This document shows positions 39,500 to 41,359 of a stretch of 41,359 nt of DNA, piece by piece. The stretch is taken from positions 1-41,359 of the forward strand of contig CANQQV010000014.1 of assembly GCA_947626095.1 (NCBI GenBank). Direction: 5' to 3'. The notes under the pieces are model-generated. The model was not told the DNA's origin and ran no database searches. It worked only from the letters and a program-made list of their open reading frames with translations. The position numbers were made by a program, and so were the translations under genes. The stretch's first letter is position 1. Every line of letters starts with the position of its first letter. Source of the stretch: an uncultured Bacilli bacterium (GTDB taxonomy: Bacteria > Bacillota_I > Bacilli_A > RF39 > UBA660).

Positions 39500-39528
39500 T
39501 TGTATAAAGAACAAACGTTTGGCATAAT
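39500..39528 (+). promoter_or_regulatory. Sigma-A promoter of the small toxin-like gene
   Basis: TTGTAT (39500-39505), 17 bp, extended TGn-CATAAT (39523-39528); predicted start near G39536. Confidence 0.65.
39508..39521. promoter_or_regulatory. Gram-positive LexA (Cheo/SOS) box
   Basis: AGAACAAACGTTTG, 13/14 match to the B. subtilis consensus CGAACRNRYGTTYG, inside the -35/-10 spacer. Confidence 0.7.
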
Positions 39529-39591
39529 TGCGTTTGGAACATTTGATAGTTGGGTGCTACCTCTATCTTTATGGATGGGAGGTGATGCTTG

Positions 39592-39675
39592 ATGAACAAG
39601 AAAGATTATTTAATCTTTGCTTTAATCATTATCATCTTTTTACTTATAGCATTACTTTTTGTAATTCTAAATTAA
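39592..39675 (+). CDS. 27-aa hydrophobic peptide MNKKDYLIFALIIIIFLLIALLFVILN, putative type I toxin
   Basis: GGAGGTG RBS (39578-39584) 7 nt before ATG; single TM helix; RBS paired in a hairpin; convergent antisense unit downstream. Confidence 0.75.
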   Translation: MNKKDYLIFALIIIIFLLIALLFVILN

Positions 39676-39788
39676 AATGGCACCTAACTCAAACAGTTTG
39701 AATTAGGTGCTACACAAATTATTTGGTAACACTCAACACTGCAATATTGAATGTTCCTTTTTTTTTATTTTACGCAAGTTTCCTTGGC
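39670..39788 (-). ncRNA. Putative antisense antitoxin RNA (~115-120 nt)
   Basis: Own promoter at 39795-39823; ends in a long hairpin (39680-39710) followed by CAUUUUAAUUU; overlaps the toxin 3' UTR. Confidence 0.6.
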
Positions 39789-39794
39789 GTATTC

Positions 39795-39823
39795 ATCATA
39801 TCATAAATGCATATTTTTTACAA
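39795..39823 (-). promoter_or_regulatory. Sigma-A promoter of the antisense RNA
   Basis: TTGTAA (39823-39818), 17 bp, extended TGn-TATGAT (39800-39795). Confidence 0.65.
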
Positions 39824-39965
39824 GTTACTTAATATAAACCGATTTTATTTTTGTAGAAAAGAGTTTATAATTATTTATTTAAAATTTCTAATGATAAAAT
39901 TATACTATTAAAAAGTTCAATTTGATTTCTTGTTGTTATCTCAAATGGCAAGAATACAATAAATT

Positions 39966-40538
39966 TTAATTATTTTGTTTTTCTAAAATATACGTTAGCA
40001 AGACCCCTATTGATCTATCTTCATGAATTTGCTTTTCAATACACATTTTAATTATTTCGTTATAATTTTTCCAAACAAAGCCATCGATTATTTCGTTTTC
40101 TTCTAATTCTTGACCATTTTTTATTATTTTATAATCATTAATTATGAAATAATATAAATCCCATACAATACTTGATCCAGCATAAGATACATAATATAAT
40201 TTGGGATTTTTAATTTCAATTCCAACTTCTTCTTTTACTTCTTTAGCTACTGTATTGTATACTGCGTCTTGTAAAGTATTATCCCTAATTGATTTTTTAT
40301 AGTCTTCTAAATTGTCAAAAACTTTACCACCAGGCAATCTATAGTCAAAGTTTTCCAATTCATACCTATACTCTTTTGATAGTAATATTTCATGTTTGTC
40401 ATTTTCTATAATAGCTCTTATTCCTGGAGGCCTTCTAATAAAAGTTCTTGTGACATTTCGAGTCTTACCATTAATAGTATAATTTTTTTCTTCAGTTAAA
40501 AACTCAAAAATGCCGTTTTCATATAATACTTTTTCCAA
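39966..40538 (-). CDS. Nudix hydrolase with an interrupted Nudix box
   Basis: TTG start with AGGAGG RBS; LPGG...KEVKEEVGI; QELEENEII. Confidence 0.8.
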   Translation of the reverse strand: MEKVLYENGIFEFLTEEKNYTINGKTRNVTRTFIRRPPGIRAIIENDKHEILLSKEYRYELENFDYRLPGGKVFDNLEDYKKSIRDNTLQDAVYNTVAKEVKEEVGIEIKNPKLYYVSYAGSSIVWDLYYFIINDYKIIKNGQELEENEIIDGFVWKNYNEIIKMCIEKQIHEDRSIGVLLTYILEKQNN

Positions 40539-40700
40539 TGATATTTACCTCCTAGCTTTTTTCAGCTATAAATATTTTATCATAGATTTTAATATTTTGT
40601 TGATTCGAGAGTTGTATTAATCTTGTGCAGAATGACTGAATTACAATTATCACCTTTACACAAAGCCTCATTTTATATTAAAGTTCTATAATTTTATGTT

Positions 40701-40815
40701 CACTCTAATAACTTCTAAAAATTTTTTAAAAGTGTGTTTGAAGGTGTTTAGAGTGGATTTAAAAATTAAAAAAGCCCTAAAATACGGGCTGAATCGATTA
40801 ACTGGTGCGAGAAGG
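40701..40815 (-). mobile_element. Possible att-site remnant: tRNA 3'-end-like fragment, terminator and inverted repeat
   Basis: Minus strand CCTTCTCGCACCA (40815-40803), then AGCCC/GGGCT hairpin + U-run (40790-40768), then CACTCTAA/TTAGAGTG inverted repeat (40701-40755). Confidence 0.4.
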
Positions 40816-40912
40816 AAGGATATTTCAAACTTTCTCTTAAAAATTAGAAATAATACTATTAAGTATCAATTTCTAATACAATTTTAGCAATTAAATGAAA
40901 GTTTAACAATAC

Positions 40913-41359
40913 TTATTTATCATTTGCTAACCATTTGGCAATATCTTTTATTATTATTCCTTCATAAGTATAATCATCATGTCTAGTTCTAGCAATCAAA
41001 ATTTTAGGATATGCATCTTTAATTTTTAATAATGGAGTTACTTCTCTTTTAAAGGTCTCATTTTCTAAATCATCACTAATATTACTAGATACTTGAATAT
41101 AAATTTTTTCATTCCTTTTTTGAGCTATGAAATCTATCTCTTTTTCATATAAAGTTCCAACATATACTTCATACCCTCGTCTTAGTAACTCAATTGCTAC
41201 TATATTTTCATAAACTCTTCCATAGTCTATATTAGTCGTACCCAATATAGCATATCTAAAAGAATGATCCGCTAAATAATATTTATCTAAAGAATTTAAA
41301 TATCTTTTTCCTTTTATATCATATCTTCCTATTTTATAAAAAGCAAAAGCATTACAAAA
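40913..41359 (-). CDS. AAA_14/DUF4143 family ATP-binding protein, C-terminal part (5' end beyond the window)
   Basis: Frame open to the window edge: [10 protein letters not shown]...[10 protein letters not shown]...[22 protein letters not shown]...EIDFIA...YIQV. Confidence 0.85.
   Translation of the reverse strand, partial: FCNAFAFYKIGRYDIKGKRYLNSLDKYYLADHSFRYAILGTTNIDYGRVYENIVAIELLRRGYEVYVGTLYEKEIDFIAQKRNEKIYIQVSSNISDDLENETFKREVTPLLKIKDAYPKILIARTRHDDYTYEGIIIKDIAKWLANDK

Noticed and set aside
39434-39514. N-terminal extension of TatD in the ORF track
   Set aside because: The family motif begins at MIIDSHMH (39433) with an RBS; the extension overlaps promoter DNA
40780-40880. Intact tRNA gene
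   Set aside because: Only a CCA-ending acceptor-like fragment; no T-loop, anticodon arm or D-arm can be folded
40696-40887. 63-aa plus-strand ORF
   Set aside because: No RBS; runs across the terminator and att-like elements
1-41359. CRISPR array, rRNA, transposase or integrase
   Set aside because: No repeat-spacer periodicity or matching motifs seen; the only tandem repeat is the 9-bp microsatellite

Overview
AT-rich chromosomal window (standard genetic code; TGA is used as stop) from a low-GC Gram-positive bacterium, probably an uncultured Bacilli lineage (inferred from gene order and sigma-A promoters). The left part (0.5-12 kb) is the rimM-trmD-rplS-lepB-rbgA-rnhB-topA housekeeping block, interrupted by orphan genes, an LtaS-like sulfatase and a divergent sortase-like gene. 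The middle holds cell-envelope genes (GH3, O-antigen-ligase-like, two NPET-tailed paralogs, amidase plus PdaA-like deacetylase), an ABC exporter, pyrG, and two tandem ~1630-aa surface proteins with carbohydrate-binding modules around a putative Cys-His catalytic core. The right end is an accessory block of nucleotide-processing enzymes next to a possible tRNA-derived att remnant. The best hidden signal lies in the ORF-track gap at 39.5-39.8 kb: an unannotated 27-aa hydrophobic peptide with a sequestered RBS, long-range mRNA pairings, a convergent antisense promoter/terminator, and a Gram-positive LexA box inside its promoter. This is a candidate SOS-inducible type I toxin-antitoxin system. Other notable items are a 26-aa leader peptide attenuator upstream of the ABC exporter, an mTERF-repeat-like gene coupled to rbgA, and a second LexA-like box before the sortase-like gene. 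All family assignments come from motif recognition by eye; no database searches were run.
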